DNA from: Myxococcota bacterium
GTDB taxonomy: Bacteria; Myxococcota_A; UBA9160; SZUA-336
Assembly (NCBI GenBank): GCA_965247115.1
Contig: CBDFGR010000002.1
Location: 416,001-480,000, forward strand
Direction: 5' to 3'
Length of the DNA stretch: 64,000 bases
The position numbers and the translations under genes were made by a program. Below are positions 47,970 to 57,411 of the stretch, in pieces (position 1 is the stretch's first letter; each line of letters begins with the position of its first letter). Under the pieces are notes generated by a model that made no database searches, was not told where the DNA came from, and saw only the letters and a list, made by a program, of their open reading frames with translations.

Positions 47970-48803
47970 ATGAGCACGCTCGGGCTTCTGCACCCCGGCG
48001 CAATGGGCGTCACGGTGGGAGCGGCCGCTCTGTCCGGCGGGTCGCGAGTGGTTTGGGCTTCCGTGGGACGCAGCGCAGCGACACGGCAGCGGTCCGCAGA
48101 GGCGGGCCTGGAGGACGTCGGAGGTCTGGAGGGCTTGGTGGCAGAGAGCTCGGTGATTCTCAGCGTCTGCCCGCCAGCTGCGGCCGAGAAGCAGGCCAGA
48201 GCCGTCGCCGGACTTGGCTTCTCTGGCGTTTACGTCGACGCGAACGCGGTGTCGCCGCGCACGGCACGTACCATCTCCGGCGCCTTCGCGGATACGCCGG
48301 CCGAGTTCGTCGATGGCGGCATCATCGGCCCTCCCGCGCAGACCCGAGGCACGACGCGGCTCTACCTCTCCGGTCCCAGGGCCGCCGAGATCGCGAGTCT
48401 GTTTGCGGAGACGGCACTGGCGGCCCACGCGCTCGAAGCGCCGGCGGGTGCCGCGTCCGCACTCAAGATGGCGTACGCCTCCTACACCAAGGGAGTCACC
48501 GCCCTGCTCGCCGCGATTCACTCGCTAGCGGACGCGGAGGGCGTCCGTGACGCCTTGCTGCGCGAATGGGCCCAGTCTCAGCCCGACCTGGCGAAGCGCT
48601 CGGAACGCTCCATCCCGTCGAGCGCCCTCAAGGCTTGGCGCTTCGTTGCTGAGATGCGCGAGATCGCGTCGACGTTCGAGGCGGCCGGGCTTCCCGGTGA
48701 CTTTCATCGTGCCGCAGCCCAGATCTACGAGCGGCTCGCAGGCTTCAAGGACGCTCCAACGCCGCCGAGCGTGGACGAGGTGGCGAGGACCCTTCGGAGC
48801 TGA
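47970..48803 (+). CDS. NAD(P)-dependent oxidoreductase (6PGD-like, DUF1932 C-terminus)
   Basis: HPGAMG, DANAVSP, DGGIIG, ASALKM, KAWRFVAEM. Confidence 0.85.
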   Translation: MSTLGLLHPGAMGVTVGAAALSGGSRVVWASVGRSAATRQRSAEAGLEDVGGLEGLVAESSVILSVCPPAAAEKQARAVAGLGFSGVYVDANAVSPRTARTISGAFADTPAEFVDGGIIGPPAQTRGTTRLYLSGPRAAEIASLFAETALAAHALEAPAGAASALKMAYASYTKGVTALLAAIHSLADAEGVRDALLREWAQSQPDLAKRSERSIPSSALKAWRFVAEMREIASTFEAAGLPGDFHRAAAQIYERLAGFKDAPTPPSVDEVARTLRS

Positions 48804-48837
48804 GCCTGGGAACGGGGTCGGAAAAAACTTGCTCGGG

Positions 48838-48853
48838 TGTGACGCAGCTCACA
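48838..48853. promoter_or_regulatory. CRP-family binding site
   Basis: Perfect TGTGA-N6-TCACA in an intergenic region. Confidence 0.65.
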
Positions 48854-48887
48854 GCCAGGTTCCTCGGGATCGGCGAACATCTGGGAC

Positions 48888-49010
48888 ATGGCGAGGAGAA
48901 CACAGGCGAACCGAATATCCCTCTCGGGCACGCCGTCCGGCCATCTGCCGGAAGTTCTCCTGGCCTCCGGCGTCCTGATCTCCCTCATTGCGTGGATGAC
49001 CGGTACCTGA
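48888..49010 (+). CDS. Candidate 40-aa small membrane protein
   Basis: MARRTQANRISLSGTPSGHLPEVLLASGVLISLIAWMTGT*, between the CRP box and a terminator. Confidence 0.4.
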   Translation: MARRTQANRISLSGTPSGHLPEVLLASGVLISLIAWMTGT

Positions 49011-49039
49011 CGAGGCGGCCCGAAAGGCTGCCCTCTTCC

Positions 49040-49079
49040 CCGCCCTCCGAGTAATCCCTCCTCGGAGGGCGGTTTTCTT
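49040..49079 (+). terminator. Intrinsic terminator
   Basis: CCGCCCTCCGAG/CTCGGAGGGCGG 12-bp stem followed by TTTTCTT. Confidence 0.75.
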
Positions 49080-49158
49080 GCGGGAGCAGGGCGTGGGCTG
49101 AGTTTTCCTTCTTGTGGGGACGCTCAAGACGCTGCTGTTTCGGGACGATAGCGTCGGC

Positions 49159-49785
49159 ATGAAGGTCTATGTCTGGGCGTTGGGTTTGGTTGTCGGGGCG
49201 GGGTGTTCGTCGCTCGGTGGGGGGGAGGACCTGCGCTTGGAGCTCGAGCAATCGCAGCAGCAGGCGCAGCGACTGCAGCGGGATGTGGAGCGGCTGCATG
49301 CCGACATTCGGCAGGCGGAAGAGACGCTGATCACGATCGAGTCCGGGCTCAAGGGCGTACACACGCGGGCGGAGGCGGTATCCGCGCTGGCCGACTCGCG
49401 AATCCTGGTAGAGCGTGCTGCGAAGCTCGCACCCTGGAGGGCGACGAGCGCCCAGGAGGCGCGCGAGAAGCTGGTGGAGGCGGACAGACACGTACAAGCG
49501 GGCCACTTCGGTTCGGCCATCTTCTTCACGTCGAGGGCGCGCCGGATCGCATCCACGCTCATCCTGGAGGCAGAGGCCTTCACACAGGCTCGGAAGGTGC
49601 GCTACGTGAACGGCCCGAAGGCGAACCTGCGCTCGCAGCCCTCTACCGGCGGAAAGATCCTGGAGGTACTGGGCAAGGCGACGCCGGTGATCCCGGACCG
49701 GCTCGGCGGTAGCTGGATCCGGGTCCGGACTCCATCGGGCAGGGTGGGCTGGATCTACGCGAAGCTGCTCTCCGAGCAGCGCTGA
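49159..49785 (+). CDS. Putative lipoprotein with coiled coil and C-terminal SH3b domain
   Basis: GAGC lipobox-like site; ANLRSQPS...WIRV...GWI. Confidence 0.75.
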   Translation: MKVYVWALGLVVGAGCSSLGGGEDLRLELEQSQQQAQRLQRDVERLHADIRQAEETLITIESGLKGVHTRAEAVSALADSRILVERAAKLAPWRATSAQEAREKLVEADRHVQAGHFGSAIFFTSRARRIASTLILEAEAFTQARKVRYVNGPKANLRSQPSTGGKILEVLGKATPVIPDRLGGSWIRVRTPSGRVGWIYAKLLSEQR

Positions 49786-49808
49786 GGCTCTCCCGCTTCC
49801 AGCGGATC

Positions 49809-51539
49809 TCAGTCCTCTTCAGCCACCACCACGCAATCCTTGCCCGCGCCCTTCGCCGCGTAGAGCGCGCGGTCCGCCTCATTGAAGAGCCGTTTTGCAT
49901 CGCCCTTGTAGACCGAGACGCCGACCGAAACGCTGACCGAGATCTCCGTCGATCCACGCCGCGTGTCGATGGTCACGGGCAGGGCTGCCACCGCGGACCG
50001 GATCTTCTCCGCGACAATGTATGCGCCCCCGACGTCCGCCTGCAGCGTCAGAAGCGCGAACTCCTCGCCGCCATAGCGCGCGAGCACGTCGGTGTCGCGA
50101 ATCTGCGCGAACATCACCTCCGCCACGCCGCGCAGCGCCTCGTCGCCGGCAGCGTGTCCGAACGTGTCGTTCAGCTTCTTGAAGTCGTCGATGTCGATCA
50201 TCACGAGTGCGAGCAGGATCTCCGAGCGCCGCGCCCGCTTGATCTCGAGCGGGAGCTGGTCGTGAAAGTAGCGGTGGTTGTAGACGCGCGTGAGCTCGTC
50301 GGTGATCGACAGCAGCTCCAGCTTCTCGTTCTGTCTCTGGAGCTCCCGCTGATGTTTGTACAGACGGTCCGTCATCTGGTTGAACGTCCGGGTCAGGAGC
50401 GCGATCTCGTCGACACCGCCGGGATCCGGGATCTCCACCCGTGTCTCACCCTGCGCGATGCGCTCTGCGCCCACGGAGAGCGCCTTGAGCGGCCTGACGA
50501 TCGAGATTGCGATCCGGAGCGCGACCAGCGCGAACAGCGCCACGATCCCCAAGTTCCACAGGAGCACCCGACGAATCAGTCGAAAGACAGGGGCGAACGC
50601 AGCGTCGTACTGCTCCTCCACGACGATCGCCCAGCCAAAGCGCGGGAAACGCACCGCGGAACCGACCACGTGGTCCCCTGCCCTGGTGACGTAGTTGCTG
50701 ACGCGCGGGGTCGCGTCCTCGTCCGGCAGCGCAAAGCCGTACCCCTCGCCGACGACACGCGTGCGTGTAGCGGTCAAGTAGCGCCCGTCCTCTCCCACCA
50801 CGAATATCTCGCGCTCAGGACCGAACTCGTCCCCGGCCAGCAAGCCGTCGAGCGCCTCGGGGTCGAGCACCGCATGTAGGGAGCCCAGGCGTCGCTCGCC
50901 GCGCTTCACTGGCGAGGAGACCAACTGCAGGCGGCCCTTCTCATCCAGAAGCATGTCGCCCACTCTCGCATCGCGGTGTCTCGCGATGCTGGTGCGAAGC
51001 TCTTCGGGAAGCTCGCGCGACTCGCCCACCCAGAGGAGCGTCTGCCCTGCCTTGTCGAGCACGAACAGCGCTGCGAACTGATCGAAGCGCTCGAGGACGT
51101 AGCCCAGATACTTCTCCACCTCCTCGCGCGCCCGCTTCGCCTCCTCGCCACTGGCCGACTTTCCCAGCGAGTCGAGGTTGGCCTCCACGGTGCTACTGCG
51201 GGCAAAAGTGTCCACGTCGAGTCGGACCTGGGCGTACCACAGGTCCACGCGTTGCTCCGTGCTCTGGAGCAAGGCTGGGAACCTCTCGTTGATCTGGCCG
51301 CTCAGGAAGCCGTGGATCGATTGGATCGAGGCCCAGGTGACCAGCAGCGCGGTGAGCACCGTGGCTGTGAATACCAGCACGATCATCCGGGCCGTGAGGC
51401 TCTCGGACGGACGCCGCAGGAGCTTCAGCAGTCCCGGCACGAGACGAGTGGGGGAGAGGAGCTCGAGAGGTCTCCACAGGTACCCGGCCCAGCGTCGAAA
51501 TACCCCGCGGCCGCTCTGCTCGCTCCTCGTCCGTGGCAC
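49809..51539 (-). CDS. Membrane diguanylate cyclase (Cache-HAMP-GGDEF)
   Basis: Two TM segments, HAMP, DIDDFK, RDTD I-site, RYGGEEF. Confidence 0.93.
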   Translation of the reverse strand: MPRTRSEQSGRGVFRRWAGYLWRPLELLSPTRLVPGLLKLLRRPSESLTARMIVLVFTATVLTALLVTWASIQSIHGFLSGQINERFPALLQSTEQRVDLWYAQVRLDVDTFARSSTVEANLDSLGKSASGEEAKRAREEVEKYLGYVLERFDQFAALFVLDKAGQTLLWVGESRELPEELRTSIARHRDARVGDMLLDEKGRLQLVSSPVKRGERRLGSLHAVLDPEALDGLLAGDEFGPEREIFVVGEDGRYLTATRTRVVGEGYGFALPDEDATPRVSNYVTRAGDHVVGSAVRFPRFGWAIVVEEQYDAAFAPVFRLIRRVLLWNLGIVALFALVALRIAISIVRPLKALSVGAERIAQGETRVEIPDPGGVDEIALLTRTFNQMTDRLYKHQRELQRQNEKLELLSITDELTRVYNHRYFHDQLPLEIKRARRSEILLALVMIDIDDFKKLNDTFGHAAGDEALRGVAEVMFAQIRDTDVLARYGGEEFALLTLQADVGGAYIVAEKIRSAVAALPVTIDTRRGSTEISVSVSVGVSVYKGDAKRLFNEADRALYAAKGAGKDCVVVAEED

Positions 51540-51567
51540 GCATGCCCCTATCTGGCCGGAGCCCTAC

Positions 51568-51924
51568 TCAATCCGCGTCGGGCTCGGCGCCCTCCAGCAG
51601 CATCAGCTGATCCAGGCGGTCGAAGAGCTCCAGAGGCATCTCGGTGAACATGATCGCCGTGCCCCGGTCGGGATCGACGCGGACGACTCGGCCCAGGGCC
51701 TCGACCGGTGCCACCTCGGGGAAGTCTGCAAAGCTGATCACGATGTTGCACTCCTCGTCCTCGTCCAGGCAGTGGTCGACGTAGAGCCCTCCGAACCCGA
51801 CGTCGATCACTGGACAGCGCGGTACGTCCCGAGCAGAGGTCTTGATTCTCGCCGTCATGCGGGCCGTAACCCGGGCGAACTCGCGGGTGTGCTTCCAGGG
51901 CTTCTCCATCTCGATTTCTCTCAT
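51568..51924 (-). CDS. PilZ domain protein (start uncertain)
   Basis: RxxxR (REFAR), DVGFGG, GRVVRV. Confidence 0.75.
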   Translation of the reverse strand: MREIEMEKPWKHTREFARVTARMTARIKTSARDVPRCPVIDVGFGGLYVDHCLDEDEECNIVISFADFPEVAPVEALGRVVRVDPDRGTAIMFTEMPLELFDRLDQLMLLEGAEPDAD

Positions 51925-52026
51925 CGGCCGCTCGTCTCCGCTGCTAGAGACTCCGATGCCGACCATGTCCCGAGCGGCCTCGGGCTGCTCTAAAGACAGG
52001 ACCGAGACGGGTCGATCCATCCGGTA

Positions 52027-53103
52027 ATGACCCCCTCCACCCGGACTGCCCCCACGGTCTCCGTACACCCCCGCCAGACTCGCCATACTCGCGCAGCGAG
52101 GCTGACGTGGCTGTTCCTCAGCGTCTGCGTTGGACTGAGCGGCCTCGGATCGGGGAGCGCCGGCGCAGCCGCCGAGCTCGACGAAGAGGCGAGCTCCGAA
52201 GTGCAAGTGCACGAGGTCGCCGCGCGGCAGGAAGAGGGCCGGCGAGACGACGCCTCCCGCTCCTTCCGCACGGAGTACCGCGTGACGCAGGGCTACCGGA
52301 TGGAAGAGCTCGACTGGAGCATCGGCATCCCGACGATCAACGTGCTCTCCGAGCTGAAGTGGGAAGAGATGCAGAGCACGTTCACGCGTCTCGAGGCGAT
52401 GGTGATGCTTCCTGGCCGCTTCTACTTGCACGGCGACGTCCAGCACGGCTGGATCGTCGATGGGGAGAACCAGGACTCCGACTATCTCCTGCCGAACCGC
52501 CAGGCCGAGTTCTCGCGCTCGAACAACCAGTCCGATGTCGGCGACTTCTCGGGCTTCTCCGTGGGGCTCGGGTATCACACGCCTCCAGTCCACTTCTGGG
52601 GGGAGAGCTATGAGTTCGGGCTCAGCTTCGGCTACGCGCACCGCGAGCAGAATCTGGTGATCCGGGACGGCTTCCAGACCATCCCGGCCCTCGGCGCCTT
52701 CGCGGGCTTGCGCAGCAAGTACGATACGCGCTGGCTCGGCCCGTGGATCGGCGTCGAAATCGTGGGCCGCTCGCCCGTGACAAGCTTGACCTTCACCGGA
52801 GCGGTTCAGTACCACATGCTGTACTACGAGGGCGTCGCCGACTGGAACTTGCGCACAGATCTCGCGCACCCGAAAAGCTTCGAGCACGACGCACACGGTG
52901 ATGGGCTTGTCGCGCGCCTGGCCGTCAAGAAGGACATCCGCGAGCACCTGTTCCTCGAGCTCGGTGTCGAGTGGTCGCTCTTCTCCACCGACACGGGCGA
53001 CGACATCACAAACTTCGCGACCGGAACGTCCAGTGAGATCGACCTGAACGAGGTGAACTGGACTGCCTTCAGCGCAAAGCTCACCTTCGGCGCCCGCTTC
53101 TAG
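52027..53103 (+). CDS. Outer-membrane beta-barrel protein (omptin-like)
   Basis: Signal peptide, SELKW, QDSDY, amphipathic strands, C-terminal Phe. Confidence 0.65.
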   Translation: MTPSTRTAPTVSVHPRQTRHTRAARLTWLFLSVCVGLSGLGSGSAGAAAELDEEASSEVQVHEVAARQEEGRRDDASRSFRTEYRVTQGYRMEELDWSIGIPTINVLSELKWEEMQSTFTRLEAMVMLPGRFYLHGDVQHGWIVDGENQDSDYLLPNRQAEFSRSNNQSDVGDFSGFSVGLGYHTPPVHFWGESYEFGLSFGYAHREQNLVIRDGFQTIPALGAFAGLRSKYDTRWLGPWIGVEIVGRSPVTSLTFTGAVQYHMLYYEGVADWNLRTDLAHPKSFEHDAHGDGLVARLAVKKDIREHLFLELGVEWSLFSTDTGDDITNFATGTSSEIDLNEVNWTAFSAKLTFGARF

Positions 53104-53114
53104 CGGGACTCCCT

Positions 53115-53525
53115 CTAGGGCGCGTCGGTGATCGTGACGCGCAGCCGCCGCCTCGCGTAGTCCCGGCTGCCGTACGCTCCCTGCTCCGCGATCGCGATGA
53201 TCTGGTACACCGTCGCTGTGGTCGAGGCCTCGGTGTGATCAGTGCTCGCGCAGGTCACGTTCACCGTGAAGCCGTTCAGCCCGCCCTCGACGAGGCTCAC
53301 GTTGGTGGGAGCGAAACAGACGCCGGCAGTGGCCAGCTGGTAGATGCCCCACTCCACCCCGCTGCGCGCGGCCTGAAAGGCGTGCGCGCCCTGGAGCGCG
53401 AGGTTCAACGTCGACCGCTGCGCGCCGCCGAGGTTCACCATGATCGAGGCCGCGGCAGAGAGCACGACCAGCAGGAAGATGGCGCTGATCAGCCCGAACC
53501 CACTCTCTCTCCGCTCGCGACTCAC
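53115..53525 (-). CDS. mshP: MSHA minor pilin MshP
   Basis: GFGLISAIFLLVVL, AFQAARSGVEWG; last gene of the msh operon. Confidence 0.8.
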   Translation of the reverse strand: MSRERRESGFGLISAIFLLVVLSAAASIMVNLGGAQRSTLNLALQGAHAFQAARSGVEWGIYQLATAGVCFAPTNVSLVEGGLNGFTVNVTCASTDHTEASTTATVYQIIAIAEQGAYGSRDYARRRLRVTITDAP

Positions 53526-54439
53526 GGCGAGTTGCTCACGTGGATCTGGTGCAGCAGCCGCGCGCTCTCCCCGTCCCGCTCTACGGTGAGGTCGATCGTG
53601 ACCAGCCCCGAGTGCGTGGCGGTGGAAGTGTTGTACCGGAAGTCGCACCCCGTCACGTTCGTGGCAAGCAGGGCGATATTGCCCGCAGACAGGGGAACGA
53701 CGCTTCCATCGGCGGGCTGCGCGCTCGCGATGGCGTAACCCGAGTAGCGCACGAGCTGTTCGGTGCCGAGATCGCAGAGGTAGCTCACCGGCGTGTCGAC
53801 CACATACATACGCTGTCTCGGCGATGCAAGACGGAACTGCAGCGTCGGGGTCAGGACGATGCGGTCCTCGTCGCCCTCATCGACGAGCTGGAACCCCCCC
53901 GCGACCCCGCTCGTGATCACTCCAGGGTTCGAAGCTGTCGCGGCATCGCTGTAGATGGCTGCCTCCGTTGGGTAGATCGCGACGCGATAGCCAGCGGGAG
54001 AGCCGACCCCGTAGGCCAGGCCGAGCTCCTGGAAGCGTCCCAGGATGTCGAAGCTGTCCTCCTGGCCCGTGAAGTCGAGCCAATGGGTCGCGGGCGTGTG
54101 ATCGACGGTGGACGGGTTCACGCCGGCCTCCGCCCGATAGCGTGCTCCGTCGAGCACGTGAAGGAGCTCGAGCGCCAGCCCGCCGCCGCCGATCCTCAGG
54201 CTGTTCGGGAGCGCGGAGCGAATGTCGCGCCCCATCCGACGCGTGGCCGCTTCCGTGGTATCGGTGAGCGAAGCGCGCAGACGCACGTTGCCGTACGCCT
54301 GGAGCGGCTTGAGCGTGAGCGTCGCCGTCATCCCGATCACCACGCTGAGCAGCAGCACCACGACGATCAGCTCGATCAGGCTGAAACCGGAGTTCGAGCC
54401 GCGGGCGTAGCCGACAGGTTGTGTTGGCTCCCATGGCAT
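53522..54439 (-). CDS. mshO: MSHA minor pilin MshO
   Basis: GFSLIEL, RDIRSALPNSLR, HQIHVSNSP end. Confidence 0.85.
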   Translation of the reverse strand: MPWEPTQPVGYARGSNSGFSLIELIVVVLLLSVVIGMTATLTLKPLQAYGNVRLRASLTDTTEAATRRMGRDIRSALPNSLRIGGGGLALELLHVLDGARYRAEAGVNPSTVDHTPATHWLDFTGQEDSFDILGRFQELGLAYGVGSPAGYRVAIYPTEAAIYSDAATASNPGVITSGVAGGFQLVDEGDEDRIVLTPTLQFRLASPRQRMYVVDTPVSYLCDLGTEQLVRYSGYAIASAQPADGSVVPLSAGNIALLATNVTGCDFRYNTSTATHSGLVTIDLTVERDGESARLLHQIHVSNSP

Positions 54440-54957
54440 CAGTAGTTGGTCCTGTAACCGCTCAGGGTGAAGTCGACGATGGCAGCGTCATTCACGTTCA
54501 CGTCCACACGGATGACCTCTGTGTTCCCGTTCAGCGTGTCGAGGTTCGCGTTCGCGGTCTCCACGCTGACCGAGATCGTGTAGCCACCCAGACCGGGGAT
54601 GGCTGTGTTGTCCTGATCTCTTGCACCGACGTCCACCAGGAGGTCGTAGTCGCAGACGTTGTCGTAGAGGTCGCGGCTGGCTTCGTTCGCCGGACATATG
54701 CCGCCCCCAGCGCCCAGATCGGGGTCGTAGTAGTTGTTGAGCAGAATCTCCTCCAGGTACGCCTCTGCAACGACCAGCGCCTGCTGGGCGACCAGTGGGT
54801 CTGCACTGCTCCGCACCGATCGGTTGATGGAGAGCAGCGTCCCCGTGACCGCGATGCCGACGATCGTGATCGAGATGATGAGCTCGATCAGCGTGACGCC
54901 GCTCGTCTCCCGCAGTCGGGCCGCGAGGCAGCGCCGAGGCTCAGGGCGCGTAGACAA
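54439..54957 (-). CDS. mshD: MSHA minor pilin MshD (start uncertain)
   Basis: GVTLIEL, SADPL, AYLEEI, DNVCDY, LSGYRTNY. Confidence 0.85.
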   Translation of the reverse strand: MSTRPEPRRCLAARLRETSGVTLIELIISITIVGIAVTGTLLSINRSVRSSADPLVAQQALVVAEAYLEEILLNNYYDPDLGAGGGICPANEASRDLYDNVCDYDLLVDVGARDQDNTAIPGLGGYTISVSVETANANLDTLNGNTEVIRVDVNVNDAAIVDFTLSGYRTNY

Positions 54958-55426
54958 GGCCCGTCTCGCCGACCACGCTGATGGTGCGTCCACCCACCGT
55001 GATGGTCGCGTCGGTCATCGTCTCCGCAGCGTCCATGGCCCGGCCCAGCGGGTCAAAGAGCAGCGGTGACACGCTACTGGTGACGATGACACCTCCCGGC
55101 GCCGTGCCCACGTACGTCAGCGCGTGGGTGCCGGGGTGGACCACCGCCTGGGCGTAGCCGGCGCCGTCACAGCCGGCCGCGCTCGTCGGGCCATCCTGCA
55201 AGTTGAGGGTATAGGTGCTGGCCGTGAAGCTGACCTGGACATTGCAGCCCGTGCCGATGGAGAGCTTCTGGGCGTAGCGGACAGCCGCGAGGGTGTCGTC
55301 GAAGAAGAAGGTGCTCTGGAAGTCGTCTGCCGCGAACAAGCGCGGGCCGGCCACCGCCGCCAGGATGCTCAGCAGCGCGATCACCGTGACGAGCTCCACG
55401 ATCGTGAATCCCGCCCTGTCGCTCAT
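54941..55426 (-). CDS. mshC: MSHA minor pilin MshC
   Basis: GFTIVEL, RYAQ, FDPLGR, ETGLV. Confidence 0.8.
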   Translation of the reverse strand: MSDRAGFTIVELVTVIALLSILAAVAGPRLFAADDFQSTFFFDDTLAAVRYAQKLSIGTGCNVQVSFTASTYTLNLQDGPTSAAGCDGAGYAQAVVHPGTHALTYVGTAPGGVIVTSSVSPLLFDPLGRAMDAAETMTDATITVGGRTISVVGETGLVYAP

Positions 55427-55454
55427 CGACTCTCCTCGAACCCCGGCAAACCGA

Positions 55455-55490
55455 ACGAGCGGGACGGAGGTTCTCCTCCGCCCCGCTCGT
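55455..55490 (-). terminator. 16-bp hairpin downstream of the major pilin gene
   Basis: Minus strand reads ACGAGCGGGGCGGAGG-AGAA-CCTCCGTCCCGCTCGT, then a weak U tract. Confidence 0.6.
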
Positions 55491-55540
55491 CAATCCGCGC
55501 TGCCGGGTCAGGCCAGACCCGCCCAGCAGTCAGGCTCAGG

Positions 55541-56020
55541 TTACGGGCAGGGTGTGGCCGCCACCACGATCTTGCAGACCTTGCCAGCGGCTTCCTCGTA
55601 CCGGAGGATGCTCGTGGTACCCGGCTGGGCATACTCGGCAAAGTCCGTGGCGGTCGTGTTCTGCTCGGTGCCGGTCCAGCCAGAGGGCACGACGCCAGAC
55701 ATGATCTGACTCCAGAGCTCCCCTGCGATGTCCTGGGCTGTATTCGCGCTGTCCAGAGTGGGATAGCCCGCCGCGTTGATGAACACGCTGGTGCCGTCGA
55801 TGTCTACGCTTGTGGCGGGCTTGCTGTCGACCAGCCACTTGGAGTGGACGATCCCGATCGCGGCGGAGAGGCCGCCCTGGACGCCGTCGAAGGCCGCAGT
55901 CTCGGCGCTCGAGGTGAAGTCCGCAAACTTGGGTAGGGCCACCGCCGCGAGGATGCTCAATACAGCGATGACGACAATCAGCTCGATGAGAGTAAAGCCG
56001 TCGTTGTTCCGAGGGGTCAT
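55541..56020 (-). CDS. mshA: MSHA-type major pilin
   Basis: GFTLIELIVVIAVLSILAAVALPKF, GYP motif, C-terminal Cys pair; could be MshB-like. Confidence 0.75.
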   Translation of the reverse strand: MTPRNNDGFTLIELIVVIAVLSILAAVALPKFADFTSSAETAAFDGVQGGLSAAIGIVHSKWLVDSKPATSVDIDGTSVFINAAGYPTLDSANTAQDIAGELWSQIMSGVVPSGWTGTEQNTTATDFAEYAQPGTTSILRYEEAAGKVCKIVVAATPCP

Positions 56021-56176
56021 GGCTAGTTTTGCTCCTTCTATCCGTCCACCAGCGACCCCATCCCTGAGGTCCCGCGGTCCCTTGTCCAGGCCTTGGATAG
56101 AGTCCTCCGATGGCCTTACAGCGCCCGCTTCTGTGCCCCTATCGTCCGTGCCCGAAAGCAACTTGACCCGCGTGGG

Positions 56177-57403
56177 TCAGCCAAGGCCCGAGCCCGCCAG
56201 GTTCCACATCGGCAGGTAGACGGCAAGTGCCAGGACCAGGACCATCCCCCCGATTCCGATCGTGAGTGCGGGCTCGATCAGGTCGGTCAGCCGCTCCAGG
56301 TCGTAGCTGACCTCCTCCTCGTAGTGCTCCGCGATCTGCAGATGCATCTGCCCGATCTCACCGGTCTGCTCGCCGACCTCGATCATCTGCACGTCCGAGG
56401 ATTCGAAGAGCTTCGCGTTCCCTGCGGCCACGGTCATGGTCTCGCCCCGCTCGATGCTGTTGCGCATGGCTGTGATGCGTTTCTCCATCCACACGTTGTC
56501 GACCGCGCGACCCACGAGCTGCAACACCTGGATCAGCGGCACACCCGCGGTGAAGGCCATCGCGAAGGAGCGCGCGTAGCGGGCCAGCGTAGCCCTGCGC
56601 ACGATCGCCCCCACGACGGGCAGCTTGAGCTTGTACTTGTCGATCACGTAGCGACCGGGTGGCGTTCGCGCGTACGCGCGCCAGGCCGCGATCCCGCCCA
56701 CGGTGCCGACCAGCAGGTACAGCCAGTACGCCAGCATGAAATCCGACATCCCGATCAAGAACTGGGTCGCCCACGGCAGCTCCGCGTCGAACTTGCCGAA
56801 GAACTTCGCGAACGACGGAATCACGAAGATGTTGATCAGAACCACGGCGGCAAAGATGACGCCAATCACGACCGTGGGGTAGCGAGTCGCGGCCTTGATC
56901 TGCTTGCGTGTCTGATTGTCCAGGGACAGATACGCTCCAACCTGCTGGAAGGCCTCGTCAAGCTGACCCGTGTTCTCCCCGACTTCGATGATGCTCGTGA
57001 AGAGGTTCGAGAAGATCCCGGGATGGCGCTGAAAGGACTCACTGAGCTCCCGGCCCGCTTCCAGGCTCTCGCTCACCTCGGCCAGCGCAGCGCCGAGAGC
57101 CGGATTGCGCGCCGTGGCGGCGAGACCGGCGATCGCTCGGCGCAGCGGCACGCCAGCGCGAACCAGCGTGTGTAGCTGCCTGCAGAACGGAACCAGCTCC
57201 CCTGGTCCGACCTGACTTGCGGCCCAGCGCTTCTGGGCCCAGTCTAGAAGGTCCTTCTCTGGAGGCTTCAGCACCTTGATGCGGATCGGCGTGAACCCGG
57301 CCTCCATCAGCTCGCCGGCGACGGTCATGCGCGAGAAGCCATCCACCTCGGCCTCGACCAGCTCGCCGGCTCTGTTGCGGGCGCTGTACGCGAAGACCGG
57401 CAC
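56177..57403 (-). CDS. mshG: Inner-membrane platform protein (GspF/PilC family)
   Basis: AGVPL, GENTGQLD, RYP, IEP, YLPMW. Confidence 0.88.
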   Translation of the reverse strand: MPVFAYSARNRAGELVEAEVDGFSRMTVAGELMEAGFTPIRIKVLKPPEKDLLDWAQKRWAASQVGPGELVPFCRQLHTLVRAGVPLRRAIAGLAATARNPALGAALAEVSESLEAGRELSESFQRHPGIFSNLFTSIIEVGENTGQLDEAFQQVGAYLSLDNQTRKQIKAATRYPTVVIGVIFAAVVLINIFVIPSFAKFFGKFDAELPWATQFLIGMSDFMLAYWLYLLVGTVGGIAAWRAYARTPPGRYVIDKYKLKLPVVGAIVRRATLARYARSFAMAFTAGVPLIQVLQLVGRAVDNVWMEKRITAMRNSIERGETMTVAAGNAKLFESSDVQMIEVGEQTGEIGQMHLQIAEHYEEEVSYDLERLTDLIEPALTIGIGGMVLVLALAVYLPMWNLAGSGLG

Positions 57404-57411
57404 CTACACCC

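Noticed and set aside
49006..49035. Hammerhead ribozyme (CTGACGAG...GAAA)
   Set aside because: No plausible stems I and III or NUH site; the segment folds better as a simple hairpin
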